DNA of 64,000 nt. It comes from a virus. Shown here in pieces: positions 48,605 through 57,610 of the stretch. The DNA lies in the IMG/VR virus record IMGVR_UViG_3300030117_007501, positions 1 to 64,000 of that record; one strand, 5' to 3'. How positions within the stretch are numbered: the first letter of the stretch is position 1; each line of letters opens with the position of its first letter. The position numbers and the translations under genes are program-made. Below the pieces are notes generated by a model. The model saw only the letters and a list, made by a program, of their open reading frames with translations, was not told the DNA's origin and made no database searches.

Positions 48605-48760
48605 TGCGCCGGAAAGTCTTATATTATATAAAATGTGGAGCGTATGCCTAAACCGCGCCAAAATGAACCTCGCAAGGCTCTTGCGAGAGCGAAGTAAATT
48701 AGATTAGGCTGGTGGTGGCTTCCCGGCGAGGACAGGGATGCCGTCTTTCCGGCGCATTTT
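48605..48760 (+). ncRNA. candidate structured non-coding RNA
   Basis: 12-bp terminal inverted repeat plus nested stems, ending in T4. Confidence 0.35.
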
Positions 48761-48958
48761 TAACAAGAGGGGTGTTTATGTTTTTTGCGAAAGTTAGAGA
48801 GGTGGTGTCTAGACTACCTGCCGAAAAGAGGATAGCTCTTCATAATATGCTCGCACTGCCGCTGATTACTATCGGCAGCACTTTCTTAGCAGGGGGTAGG
48901 CTAATATATGAGCCGACTAGCAGAACCAAGAGGATTGGTTTCCGTTCGGAGCAGACGA

Positions 48959-49195
48959 ATGATTGAATATGCCCGAGGCATGATTGTGGAAATCACAGAA
49001 GACTATGATGTTTTCGGGCAAAATGCTAGAGGCATGAGAGGAGAGATTCTACGCCCCTATAGCATAGACAGGACAGAGAAAAATAAACATGAAACGGTGA
49101 GAGTAGTAAAGCACCTAATTTACATCGAGGAGATTGATGCGTACTGCGAACCGCGTGAGGAATGGCTCATAATCATAGACAGGGATGTGCCCTAG
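48959..49195 (+). CDS. small SH3/KOW-like protein
   Basis: ARGMIVEI...RGEIL. Confidence 0.45.
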   Translation: MIEYARGMIVEITEDYDVFGQNARGMRGEILRPYSIDRTEKNKHETVRVVKHLIYIEEIDAYCEPREEWLIIIDRDVP

Positions 49196-49296
49196 TGCGC
49201 CAGTATTGACGTCTAACGAGAGTTTCTATGGTGATTCGTCTCTAGGTATGCACTCTGGGCAACAAAGCCTTAAAAGCATCAAATTTCATTTTTTTC

Positions 49297-49325
49297 TTGA
49301 TTTTTAAAAAAAAGAAATATATAAT
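49297..49325 (+). promoter_or_regulatory. sigma70-type promoter driving array 2
   Basis: TTGATT-N17-TATAAT. Confidence 0.7.
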
Positions 49326-49350
49326 TGTTTTAATGGTTGAGGGGGCAAGG

Positions 49351-50411
49351 ATGAAAGTTGGTGACTTGGTTCAATGGAGCGACACCAGCATTGCCTGGCA
49401 CCTCGCTAAAGGTTACCCTGTGCAGGATTTTCTTCACCATCGTCAACGAGGGATAATTTTCAGCGAGAACAAGAAGTATGTTTTCGTGTATTGGGGCGAC
49501 GGAGAAAGAATGGCAGAAGAGCGGGATTGGCTGGAGGTTGTCAGTGAAAGTAGGTGATTTGGTGAGACACAAGCGTAGAAACTGGAACGCTCTTATCGTG
49601 ACTGTTGATCAGCCTCGAAGACACATTAAGATTCTCGATGAGGAGGGCAGTGTGTTCTGGGAAAGAATGAGAGATTACGAGGTTATCAGTGAAAGTCGGT
49701 GATTTAGTTATAACTAAGGCATCTATCGGAGACGGGAATCGTCGGCTTGCGCTGCGAGAAGGCGTAGGCGTCTTGTTTCAAGCTGATTACAACCTAATGA
49801 TACTCTGGCCAAATGGCTTCATAGAGAACTCATGCGTCTATTTTGAGCACGAATTGGAGGTTGTCAGTGAAAGTCGGCGATTTAGTAAAATACAGGATGT
49901 ATCATAACAACCTACAGTCACTCTTGGGAATTGTTTTGCGCACGAGTAGGGACAAAGAGAGAGTAAGAGTTCTTTGGAATCGAATCGACAGAAATGATGA
50001 CGTGATGGATTGGGTAGAAGATTTGGAGGTTGTCAGTGCAAGTCGGTGATTTGGTTAAGTGGACTGATGGACATGGCGAAGAGTTTTACGCCCTAGTGGT
50101 TAAACGTGATGGCTGGGCGACACTAATAAAGTGGACTTCTTCCGGCGAAGTAGAAGACGCTGACTACTATATCGAAAGCGACGTCGCAGAGAATGAAGTA
50201 TGGGAGGTAATCAGTGAAGCTCGGTGATATGGTTCAGCCGCTTGGCTCATGCTCTGGCATGCTCGGCGCTGTTCGGTGCAAACTAGCACTGGTTGTGGAG
50301 AAGGTTAACCCACACCATGATCAGGTTAAGATTGCCTGCCTATGTGGTTCTAAGTGGGCAATGAAACATAATGTACGCTCTATAGAAAAAAGAGAGGATA
50401 TCTGGGAATGA
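49351..50411 (+). CDS. array 2 of MKVGD mini-genes (49351-49557, 49544-49702, 49689-49907, 49867-50049, 50036-50227, 50214-50411)
   Basis: each starts M(K/Q)(V/L)GD(L/M)V; the first five carry EV(V/I)S(E/A)(S/A)R at the junction. Confidence 0.8.
49533..50233 (+). repeat. junction repeat, array 2
   Basis: GGAGGTWRTCAGTGAAAGTCGGTGATTTRGT-like copies at about 49533, 49679, 49856, 50025 and 50203. Confidence 0.92.
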
Positions 50412-50617
50412 GTCGTAAAGAAACTGTAGATTATGATAGGCTATTGGTTGTCGCAGAAAAGGCTGAGTTAGCGTTCTGGGAGGTTGTGGGAAAAAGCTAC
50501 CCAGAGGCTACGTACGGATGCTTTCCCTTTGATGCTCAATTTGAATTCAGCATGGCATTAGAGACAGCAATTGAAATTTGGGTGGACGCGAACGTGCCCC
50601 CTGCGCGGGAGGACTAG
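50408..50617 (+). CDS. hypothetical protein
   Basis: ATGA overlap; AFWEVV...YPE motif. Confidence 0.5.
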   Translation: MSRKETVDYDRLLVVAEKAELAFWEVVGKSYPEATYGCFPFDAQFEFSMALETAIEIWVDANVPPARED

Positions 50618-50618
50618 T

Positions 50619-50897
50619 ATGTACGACATTGAAGTACCAACAGAAAAAGAATTACGCCGCAACGTGCTCGGGCAAGGTGTGAAAATCCTTCATGCCCTGA
50701 TGCGACACTACAGTTCGGGTTCTATCGAAGTGCCTGAGCACAACGATGTGTTCATGGGACTAATGGTTCTGCTGTGCGAGGGCAAAATCAAGGGAGAGTA
50801 CACCGACGATGGTGAGGTTCGGTGGGTAATGACAGAGAAAAAGGAAGCCAACTACGGAAACGTAATCAGGTTTCCACTAACCAAAGGGGTAGAGTGA
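50619..50897 (+). CDS. hypothetical protein
   Basis: GGAGG RBS before ATG 50619; C-terminal NVIRFP. Confidence 0.5.
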   Translation: MYDIEVPTEKELRRNVLGQGVKILHALMRHYSSGSIEVPEHNDVFMGLMVLLCEGKIKGEYTDDGEVRWVMTEKKEANYGNVIRFPLTKGVE

Positions 50898-51166
50898 TGG
50901 ATAGTTTTATTGGTACCGTTCTAGCAATTGCGCTCGGCTTGTTCTTGGGGCAGAAGCTCACTGAATGGTGGAACAAGAATTGACAAAAGAAGAACTTGAG
51001 GCTTTCAACGAGACGTGGGGCATCGGAGCAGCCCCACAGAAAAAAGATTCGTCTGTGCTCCCCTTCGCGGGAGCAATAAGAAAGTATATCAGAGAGAAAA
51101 TTGAAAAATTGAAAAAAACTTCTTGATTTTTTGATTTATATTTCTTATAATAGGTGAAGAAATCAA

Positions 51167-51238
51167 GGAGCGCTGGCGCAATGGTAGCGCATCGGACTTT
51201 TAATCCGCTGGTTCAGGGTTCGAGTCCCTGGCGCTCCA
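51167..51238 (+). tRNA. tRNA-Lys (UUU)
   Basis: GGAGCGC/GCGCTCC acceptor stem; CGGA-CTTTTAA-TCCG; GTTCGAGTC; promoter TTGATT(51123)-N17-TATAAT. Confidence 0.93.
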
Positions 51239-51425
51239 CATACACGAGGAGAATGGTGAATGGGGCTTTCGAGCGTAGCTAGTGTGAGGAGATTGGCGAA
51301 CATGTGGGTTGATTTATCACCCAAGAGACAAGACGAACTCTTAAGCGAACTTGATGCCCCACTGAGAGAATCAGTTGTAGAGAGAATGAGAGAGATAAAG
51401 AATGAAAGAAAGAGGAGCAGCAAAG

Positions 51426-51638
51426 ATGATGCCTAGTGTAGATGATATCATCCGTTACGAGAACGGAGAGATGGGAGAGGACGAAGTTATCGACTTCTTT
51501 CAGGACTTGGTTGATACCGGCATGGCGTGGAGACTACAGGGTTCTTACGGTAGAACCGCGAAGACTCTCATCGAGTACGGATGGGTGAAGACGCCACATG
51601 AGGAGATTTTCGGAGATGATAAAGAATATCTTGATTAG
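51426..51638 (+). CDS. conserved phage hypothetical protein
   Basis: FQDLVDTGMAWRLQGSYGRTA motif. Confidence 0.6.
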   Translation: MMPSVDDIIRYENGEMGEDEVIDFFQDLVDTGMAWRLQGSYGRTAKTLIEYGWVKTPHEEIFGDDKEYLD

Positions 51639-51788
51639 AGGCGCGTGCCTCGGTGCTGGGCTCGGTTTGGTTGCTTTGGTGATTGCGCTCCCGTATATTG
51701 TGAGAGAAAAAAAGAACTAAATTTAATTTTTTCTTGACTTCTTGAAAATCATTTCATATAATGGTTACACAAGATGAGGAGAAAGCAA

Positions 51789-51938
51789 GTGAGCCGCACT
51801 AGAAAAAAGATTCCTGTGCGTAACCCGTACGCAACCGCCCTGCAAAAACGACACGGTGGAGGCGTCAAGGTACACAGGGATAAGAAGCGCTACACACGCA
51901 AAGTAAAGCACAGGGGGAAAAATGATGAGCAGTTGTAA
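51789..51938 (+). CDS. small basic protein with ArfA-like C-terminal motif
   Basis: 49 aa, missing from the track; GAGGAG RBS; own promoter TTGACT(51734)-N17-TATAAT; RNPYA...HRDKKRYTRKVKH. Confidence 0.55.
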   Translation: MSRTRKKIPVRNPYATALQKRHGGGVKVHRDKKRYTRKVKHRGKNDEQL

Positions 51939-52161
51939 TCTTTCGCCTGGTGACATGGTGCATCTGAAAATTGATTGTCCTGCGTCCTGGTGGCGCGACA
52001 AGATGGGTATCGTCGCCTCGGTTGGTGAGCCACGAGGCACCGAGCTGGAGCGCGAAAATTACCCGATAGAGTTGGCAGTGATTGACGGCGGCACAGTCCG
52101 CACCCTATACAGTTGCTCAGTCTACCTTAAGGACTGCGCAGTAATCAAGAGGAGCAAGTGA
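51922..52161 (+). CDS. small SH3/KOW-like protein
   Basis: LSPGDMV...MGIV. Confidence 0.45.
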   Translation: MMSSCNLSPGDMVHLKIDCPASWWRDKMGIVASVGEPRGTELERENYPIELAVIDGGTVRTLYSCSVYLKDCAVIKRSK

Positions 52162-52415
52162 GAATGAGAGTATCAAACAGAGAAGTGCCCCGGTGTTGGG
52201 CTCACGGTGTCGAAGCGTCTTCACACACCGGCAATTTTTGGACGGATGGAGAGAAGCTTTATTCGTATAACCTTTGTATCGGCGACACGTCGAACAAGCT
52301 CGGTAAGGTTCTTCGCGACTACACCGCTGGTTCGGACAAGTACAGCTATTACTCACAGACAACCTCTTGTCACGTAGGACAGGCGCGACAGTGGGCGGAC
52401 ATCATCGACGGTTAA
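52158..52415 (+). CDS. conserved phage hypothetical protein
   Basis: LYSY..CIG, YSQTTSCH motif. Confidence 0.55.
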   Translation: MRMRVSNREVPRCWAHGVEASSHTGNFWTDGEKLYSYNLCIGDTSNKLGKVLRDYTAGSDKYSYYSQTTSCHVGQARQWADIIDG

Positions 52416-52486
52416 AAAGCGCTTGACATCCCGTCCCCCGTTTGTTACATTATATATACAAACAAACCCAACGAAGGGGGGACGCG

Positions 52487-52675
52487 ATGACAGAGCGAAT
52501 CAGAGTCGGTGACAAGGTTCTTTACAGGGCACCTCGTATCGTAGACAGGAAACGAGACACTCAGCCGGTATACACGATTCGCCGTCTTTACTATGGCGGC
52601 ACGATGGCAGAGGTTGAGAGTCCAGCCGGCTACGTTTACAAGGGGTACATCGTGGCTAGAATGACGAAGGTTTAA
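52487..52675 (+). CDS. small SH3/KOW-like protein
   Basis: IRVGDKV; promoter TTGACA(52423)-N17-TACATT. Confidence 0.55.
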   Translation: MTERIRVGDKVLYRAPRIVDRKRDTQPVYTIRRLYYGGTMAEVESPAGYVYKGYIVARMTKV

Positions 52676-52704
52676 AACTTTTTTAACTTTTTTTTAAAAA
52701 CCTC

Positions 52705-52821
52705 TTGACTTGTTGAATTCTATTTTATATAATGGGTTCACAAGTTGAGGGGAGCGAGTTCGGCGCGATTTTTTTCAACCGAATTTTTTTTCTTGACAAA
52801 CACATTTCGCCTTGATATTAT
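52705..52821 (+). promoter_or_regulatory. two tandem sigma70-type promoters
   Basis: TTGACT(52705)-N17-TATAAT and TTGACA(52793)-N17-TATTAT. Confidence 0.7.
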
Positions 52822-52875
52822 AGAGGCACAATCAAGAACGGTGCAGACAACGCACCACAACACGAAGGGGACATC

Positions 52876-53163
52876 ATGTCCAAGAAGAACACCGCAGCAA
52901 CCGCAACCAATAACAACGACGCTATTCTTTCGCGACTCGCTGAGCTTGAAGCGCAGCAGGCTGAACTCAAGGCGCTGCGCGAGCAGGCTAAGAACATGGT
53001 GCGTCTGGGCATCACGAAGAACGGGCACCTTGCGATTTATGGTGTGCGCAAGTTCCCCATTACCTTTAAGACTGAGGAGCTGCCGAAGGTGTCCGAGATG
53101 TTCACCTCTGGCAAGGTTGCCGAGTTCGTCGCCGCTAACGCCTCCAAGCTGACGCGGGCATAG
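52876..53163 (+). CDS. coiled-coil + beta-domain early protein
   Basis: GC-rich codons; LAIYGVRKFPITF motif. Confidence 0.65.
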   Translation: MSKKNTAATATNNNDAILSRLAELEAQQAELKALREQAKNMVRLGITKNGHLAIYGVRKFPITFKTEELPKVSEMFTSGKVAEFVAANASKLTRA

Positions 53164-53227
53164 TCCGCCCGCGATGTTCTTGCGGCATCTGTCCCGCCCG
53201 TCGCAAGTGGAGACGCACAGCGTCATT

Positions 53228-53261
53228 GATATCGCAGAGGTTGGGGCGATATCGCTTTTTT
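53228..53261 (+). terminator. intrinsic terminator
   Basis: GATATCGC/GCGATATC stem followed by a T-run. Confidence 0.55.
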
Positions 53262-53433
53262 ACTTGACAGAGGAGAGATATTTTGAAAGACTTGTTTGAT
53301 ATGTTCAGTGATGATGACTACAGTCGGATTCGCTCATATACTGATGATGATGAATGCGCGACAGTCGACGTCGACGACAGTGAAGAGCTGGACATCACGC
53401 AACTTGAAGAACTAGACACGGAGGGCATGAGCG

Positions 53434-53655
53434 ATGAAGGCTAGCCAGTACGCGGACACGCTCGACATGACGCCCGATTCTGTGCGCATGCATGCAGCGT
53501 TTGAGCTGACACAGTTCATTGATTATCTTATTGACAACAACCGACAAGCCGGGCGCTCGATCGAGACGATGGTGGCAGTCGAGAACACGTTGCGCCAGGT
53601 TCAGCACGAGTTGAACGATATCGATGCATATTATGCGGACGGGGGTTCGCTATGA
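53434..53655 (+). CDS. hypothetical protein
   Basis: ORF with GGAGG upstream. Confidence 0.45.
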   Translation: MKASQYADTLDMTPDSVRMHAAFELTQFIDYLIDNNRQAGRSIETMVAVENTLRQVQHELNDIDAYYADGGSL

Positions 53656-53926
53656 GTCGACGCAAGAAGCGAGCGAGTTTGTCGAAGGTATGGAAGAAAA
53701 CAAAGAAGGGATAAGCCGCATGATGCACCGTCACGAGCCCGCCATGAACCCGATTAATGATGTTCCCGCTGAGTATACATCACGCGAACAGGTGAAGGCA
53801 TGGAAACGCGCGAGAGTAAGAAGTTTTATCAATCGTGAAAGAAACCACTTGACAAGGACTGTGCGCCTTTGATATAGTGTGTATAGAGGTTGAGGGAACA
53901 GGAACAATAAACAAGAAAGGTTCAGC

Positions 53927-54184
53927 ATGAACAACCCCTATACAGCACGATGCGGATGTGTCACACCTTGCGCTATTACAAAGGAGCAAAGGCGATACGC
54001 TAAGCGCTCCCTTACGATGGCTTACAGCATGCGAGACTTTAACGCAGTCTCTAAGATTAAGGACGCATTGCGCGGATGCCCCTCGATGCATCGTTCAAAC
54101 GGACAAGCATCGGCGGCACTTTCTAAGACTGCCGAAGCTATCATCACATGGGCAGAAGGTAACGGCGCGAAGGTTGTGCGCTAA
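53927..54184 (+). CDS. hypothetical protein
   Basis: promoter TTGACA(53849)-N18-TATAGT; AAGG RBS. Confidence 0.5.
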   Translation: MNNPYTARCGCVTPCAITKEQRRYAKRSLTMAYSMRDFNAVSKIKDALRGCPSMHRSNGQASAALSKTAEAIITWAEGNGAKVVR

Positions 54185-54366
54185 TGCCCTTGGTGGTTCA
54201 GTTGTTTTTCCTTGTGGGCTTTATTGTCTGCGCTTGGCTGTTCTTCTGGCTTGTCTTCTCTGTTTTGAAGTTCACCGTTGAACATGGGTTCTTTTTTATT
54301 CTTTTCGCGGTTGGTTGTGTTTTTTACTGGACATTCCGCGATGAGCTTGCTATAATGTTTTTATGA
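54184..54366 (+). CDS. small 2-TM membrane protein
   Basis: two hydrophobic helices. Confidence 0.45.
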   Translation: MPLVVQLFFLVGFIVCAWLFFWLVFSVLKFTVEHGFFFILFAVGCVFYWTFRDELAIMFL

Positions 54367-54646
54367 AGTGAGCGGTACGGTGGTTGACACTGAATGTCCT
54401 TATACACCACCGCATCACACTTGGCAACACTTAAATCAAGCGTTAACTTTCTAACGCCGCGATGTAAAGGGGAATCAATGCGAGGGAGTGACGAGATATT
54501 CCGAGCGATTGAGGTTGTGTGTCTGTCGATTATTGCCGGCACTGTTCCCCTTTTGCTCTTATTGGCTATCGTTGACTATTTCAATTGACATGCGCGAGTG
54601 CTCTGCGACTAATGTGAGCGCACAACTTAACACGAGAGGATGAGAG

Positions 54647-54949
54647 ATGGAGTTTATCAAGGGACTGCAAAGAATCCGAGACAAGGAAGAAAGAATAAAA
54701 GAAGTTTATTCAGTACGCAATGATTTCTTTCTGTCCGGGTTAGACGAGGACATCAACCCCATTGATGAGGGTTTAGCTTTCCCTGTAGTAGAGGAGAGCG
54801 AACCAGTAACGCTAGAGCATGACGACGCCCCTGATTATGACATCGCGCGAGGTGATGCGAGCGTTGCATGTCCTCAAACGTATACGTCCAAACCTACCAG
54901 CGAGCCAAGCGATCCACACGCTGCGCTACTCAAGGCGCTAGGGCTTTAA
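54647..54949 (+). CDS. hypothetical acidic protein
   Basis: GAGG RBS. Confidence 0.5.
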   Translation: MEFIKGLQRIRDKEERIKEVYSVRNDFFLSGLDEDINPIDEGLAFPVVEESEPVTLEHDDAPDYDIARGDASVACPQTYTSKPTSEPSDPHAALLKALGL

Positions 54950-54980
54950 ATCATTTTTCTGTGAGCGTTCAAGAGACGCA

Positions 54981-55020
54981 CCCCCCTCCCCCCCCGTACC
55001 CGGAATATAAGTCCCACCCG
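54981..55020. other. C-tract at compositional boundary
   Basis: C6-T-C8-GTACCCGGAATATAAGTCCCACCCG in intergenic DNA. Confidence 0.6.
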
Positions 55021-55096
55021 TGCCTATAGCGCTTCTGAGCGCGCTAAGGACATGTTCAATAGCGCTGAGAAATTTTGAGATTTAAGAAACAGGTAA

Positions 55097-55105
55097 ACTA
55101 GTTAT
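55097..55105 (+). promoter_or_regulatory. candidate phage late promoter ACTANTTA
   Basis: ACTAGTTAT; same motif at 56647, 58028, 59223 and 61101. Confidence 0.55.
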
Positions 55106-55127
55106 AATACCAATATTGGGAGCCGGT

Positions 55128-56204
55128 ATGAAAATCACAAAGAAAAACTTAATGAATATGATTAAAGCACAACTTGAAGAGGTGCTTAGCGACGATGATA
55201 GATTTAGAGATTTGCCAGGATATGAAGAGTATACAGATGGCGAGAAATTGAAAAGAAGACGCAAGAAAAAGCCGGCAGATGATAATCCAGACGAAAGATG
55301 GCGCGAAGACGATCCGATATTCCGGAGCCACCTAGAAGAAGAGCTAACATCGGAAGGTTGGATAGATTCAGTTAAAAGCGCCATGGGATTCGGAAGCCCC
55401 AAGAAAGGAAAAAGCCTAGAAGAGCTAATGCAGGAAACAATCGAGGCAGCAGAGCCGCTCGAGCCAGTAGGCAGAGAACGAATGGATCCAGCAGGGTACC
55501 CAGGATTTAACGCTATAGCATCAGCGTTTGGCAGAGGAGCATATGCCGGAGCGGGACATGATGCAGTACTAGAGCTAGATACAAAGATTCTAACTATAGC
55601 CGGCATGGTAGAGGGCGTATACGCAGCTGCAGCCGGTGCGCAAAAGGAAGCTGTCGCGGCAGGAGCTAGTGAAGAAGACGCTCAGCGCGCATACCAAGAG
55701 GCATGGGCAAACATATCAAACGACGTACGTACAAAGTTCATGCACGTCGAATTGAGTGTTAAGACATACGAGATGGTATACCGAAACCAGTACATAATCC
55801 CTTATATAAAAAAGAATTCTCCTGACGGCATTAAGAAAGCCGCAAAGGAAAGAGAAAAAGCCAGAAGAACGTTCGAGATAAACGCCGCATGGATATCAAA
55901 CTTAGAGTTGGGCAAATCTTTAAGATTGGGCGCTGCAGCGCGCGGACAAAAATTAGAGGAAAATATCATGAAAATTTCGAAAAACAAGCTTAAGAATATG
56001 ATTAAAGAAGAATTGGAAGAAGCTATGGCGCAACCTTCCCTAAGAGACGTGGCAGCTAGCTTGCAAGACGCAGCTGCAATATTGGTAACCGGCAAAGTAC
56101 TCGAGGCACTGCAATCCAGCGGTAACATGGAAGAGTACCTCGAGGCAGATATGATATTCAGAAAACTGCTAGACTTAAAAGATGCGGTAAGGAATAAAGA
56201 ATGA
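55128..56204 (+). CDS. MKIT-leader protein with a second internal leader
   Basis: MKITKKNLMNMIKAQLEE at 55128 and MKISKNKLKNMIKEELEE at 55968. Confidence 0.65.
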   Translation: MKITKKNLMNMIKAQLEEVLSDDDRFRDLPGYEEYTDGEKLKRRRKKKPADDNPDERWREDDPIFRSHLEEELTSEGWIDSVKSAMGFGSPKKGKSLEELMQETIEAAEPLEPVGRERMDPAGYPGFNAIASAFGRGAYAGAGHDAVLELDTKILTIAGMVEGVYAAAAGAQKEAVAAGASEEDAQRAYQEAWANISNDVRTKFMHVELSVKTYEMVYRNQYIIPYIKKNSPDGIKKAAKEREKARRTFEINAAWISNLELGKSLRLGAAARGQKLEENIMKISKNKLKNMIKEELEEAMAQPSLRDVAASLQDAAAILVTGKVLEALQSSGNMEEYLEADMIFRKLLDLKDAVRNKE

Positions 56205-56647
56205 GAGCATTGATTGCAGCATTAGTTATAATCATGATGGCTGCTGCAACAGTAATTAGCTGCTCTTCTGCTCCCCCAACACCTAGAAATGCCGAATTAA
56301 CAGTTACATACTACGGCAAAGAAATCAAAAAAGAAAAACCCACATGGACAAATGAATCACGTTTAAGAGAAGTGCTTAAAAAACCCGGAAAAAAATTTCT
56401 GGTTTTTGGAGCTGATTGGTGTGACGCATGCAAGTTTTTGCGCCGCGCATTGCGCGAGGGAAATCTCCACAGCGCAGTCGAAAACCTGAATATCGATGTA
56501 CGCTGGGTTAATGCTATAGCAAGTATATACGGAATTAAATCAGTACCTACACTGCTAGCCTTAGACTCAAATAACAATATTGTTGCTGTTCGCGAAGGCG
56601 CCGGCCCAATAACTGTTTATCTTTTATTGAATATCGACATTAAATAA
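56201..56647 (+). CDS. thioredoxin-like lipoprotein
   Basis: lipobox VISC; FGADWCDAC; SVPT. Confidence 0.8.
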   Translation: MRALIAALVIIMMAAATVISCSSAPPTPRNAELTVTYYGKEIKKEKPTWTNESRLREVLKKPGKKFLVFGADWCDACKFLRRALREGNLHSAVENLNIDVRWVNAIASIYGIKSVPTLLALDSNNNIVAVREGAGPITVYLLLNIDIK

Positions 56648-56682
56648 CTACTTATACTGTACGCTTAAGGAGCTTAACTATC

Positions 56683-56886
56683 ATGAAAATCACAGAATCA
56701 AAACTGCGCTCTATCATTAACGAAGAAATCAAAAAAGCGCTGGTTAAAAATATCGAAGAAGGAAGCTTTGATCCCGGACATCTTAAGACTGTCCCTTCGG
56801 GCGTTGATCCCGCCGTTGGCGAGTGGGTTATCGACGAGCTTAACCTTATATGGAGTAAAATAAAGGAGCTGCAAAGCAGAGCTTAA
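56683..56886 (+). CDS. MKIT-leader protein
   Basis: MKITESKLRSIINEE. Confidence 0.65.
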   Translation: MKITESKLRSIINEEIKKALVKNIEEGSFDPGHLKTVPSGVDPAVGEWVIDELNLIWSKIKELQSRA

Positions 56887-56888
56887 TT

Positions 56889-57218
56889 ATGAAAATTAAA
56901 AAAGAACAACTAGATCAAATTATTGCTGAAGAAATCAATAGTGTTGTCGAAGAGAGTGAAAACCTCGAAGAAGGCTTTTTTAGTACTATCGCCGGGCTTG
57001 GCTTGGCTTATTGGCTTGTCAAAACTTTACTGGGTAAAAGAATCGCTGCGCAGATAGAAGAAGATCCTGAACTTCGAGACGCTGTTGATCAAGGCAACAA
57101 AGAAATTGAAAATGCAATGAACCAAATTTCATCTCCTGAGTCTCGTCAACGCCTTAAAGACGATGTTTCCGGTTTGTTGAGTGATATTGCCGCTGCAATC
57201 AAGAAGAGGCTCGGCTAA
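56889..57218 (+). CDS. MKIT-leader protein with hydrophobic helix
   Basis: MKIKKEQLDQIIAEE...LEEGFFSTIAGLGLAYWLV. Confidence 0.65.
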   Translation: MKIKKEQLDQIIAEEINSVVEESENLEEGFFSTIAGLGLAYWLVKTLLGKRIAAQIEEDPELRDAVDQGNKEIENAMNQISSPESRQRLKDDVSGLLSDIAAAIKKRLG

Positions 57219-57219
57219 G

Positions 57220-57582
57220 ATGACGTCATCGCGACTTCAAGCTATAATTGAGGAAGAAATCGGCAAGTATCTCATTGAAGCCGGTGCTTCTCAACTTATC
57301 GGCGATTACAATATCGATGTTATAACTGAAGACAAAGAATGCATATACGCATTAAACGTTGTCAAGAAGTATGTCGATCGACGCGGAGGATGGCAGTTTA
57401 GTGAACCTGAATACGCTCAAATAGGTAATATATTATCTGAGGCTATCTCTCTCATCAAAACTATAATCGACAAAAAGGAGGCTGCTAAGCCTCCTGTTTC
57501 CCCTCCACCTTTAAGGATGCCTGCTGATCCTGATGCGCAGGTGGCTCCTCTGCGTCTGACGCGTTCAACGAAATTCGCTTAA
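57220..57582 (+). CDS. leader-bearing hypothetical protein
   Basis: MTSSRLQAIIEEE. Confidence 0.55.
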   Translation: MTSSRLQAIIEEEIGKYLIEAGASQLIGDYNIDVITEDKECIYALNVVKKYVDRRGGWQFSEPEYAQIGNILSEAISLIKTIIDKKEAAKPPVSPPPLRMPADPDAQVAPLRLTRSTKFA

Positions 57583-57610
57583 TTAATTTAATTAACTTAT
57601 AGTTATTTCC

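Noticed and set aside
48605-48760. tmRNA or tRNA
   Set aside because: No tRNA-like acceptor stem, T-loop or CCA end.
49188-49262. Imperfect long hairpin before the array 2 promoter
   Set aside because: Pairing is interrupted and could arise by chance or be a weak terminator; not enough to call an RNA.
41823-50233. Junction repeats as a CRISPR array
   Set aside because: Intervening segments are about 115-175 bp open reading frames, repeats are degenerate and coding, and there are no cas genes in the window.
41823-50233. Junction repeats as integron attC sites
   Set aside because: No palindromic RYYYAAC...GTTRRRY structure and no tyrosine integrase in the window.
51163-51423. Minus-strand 86-aa ORF
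   Set aside because: It is the antisense of tRNA-Lys and adjacent sequence.
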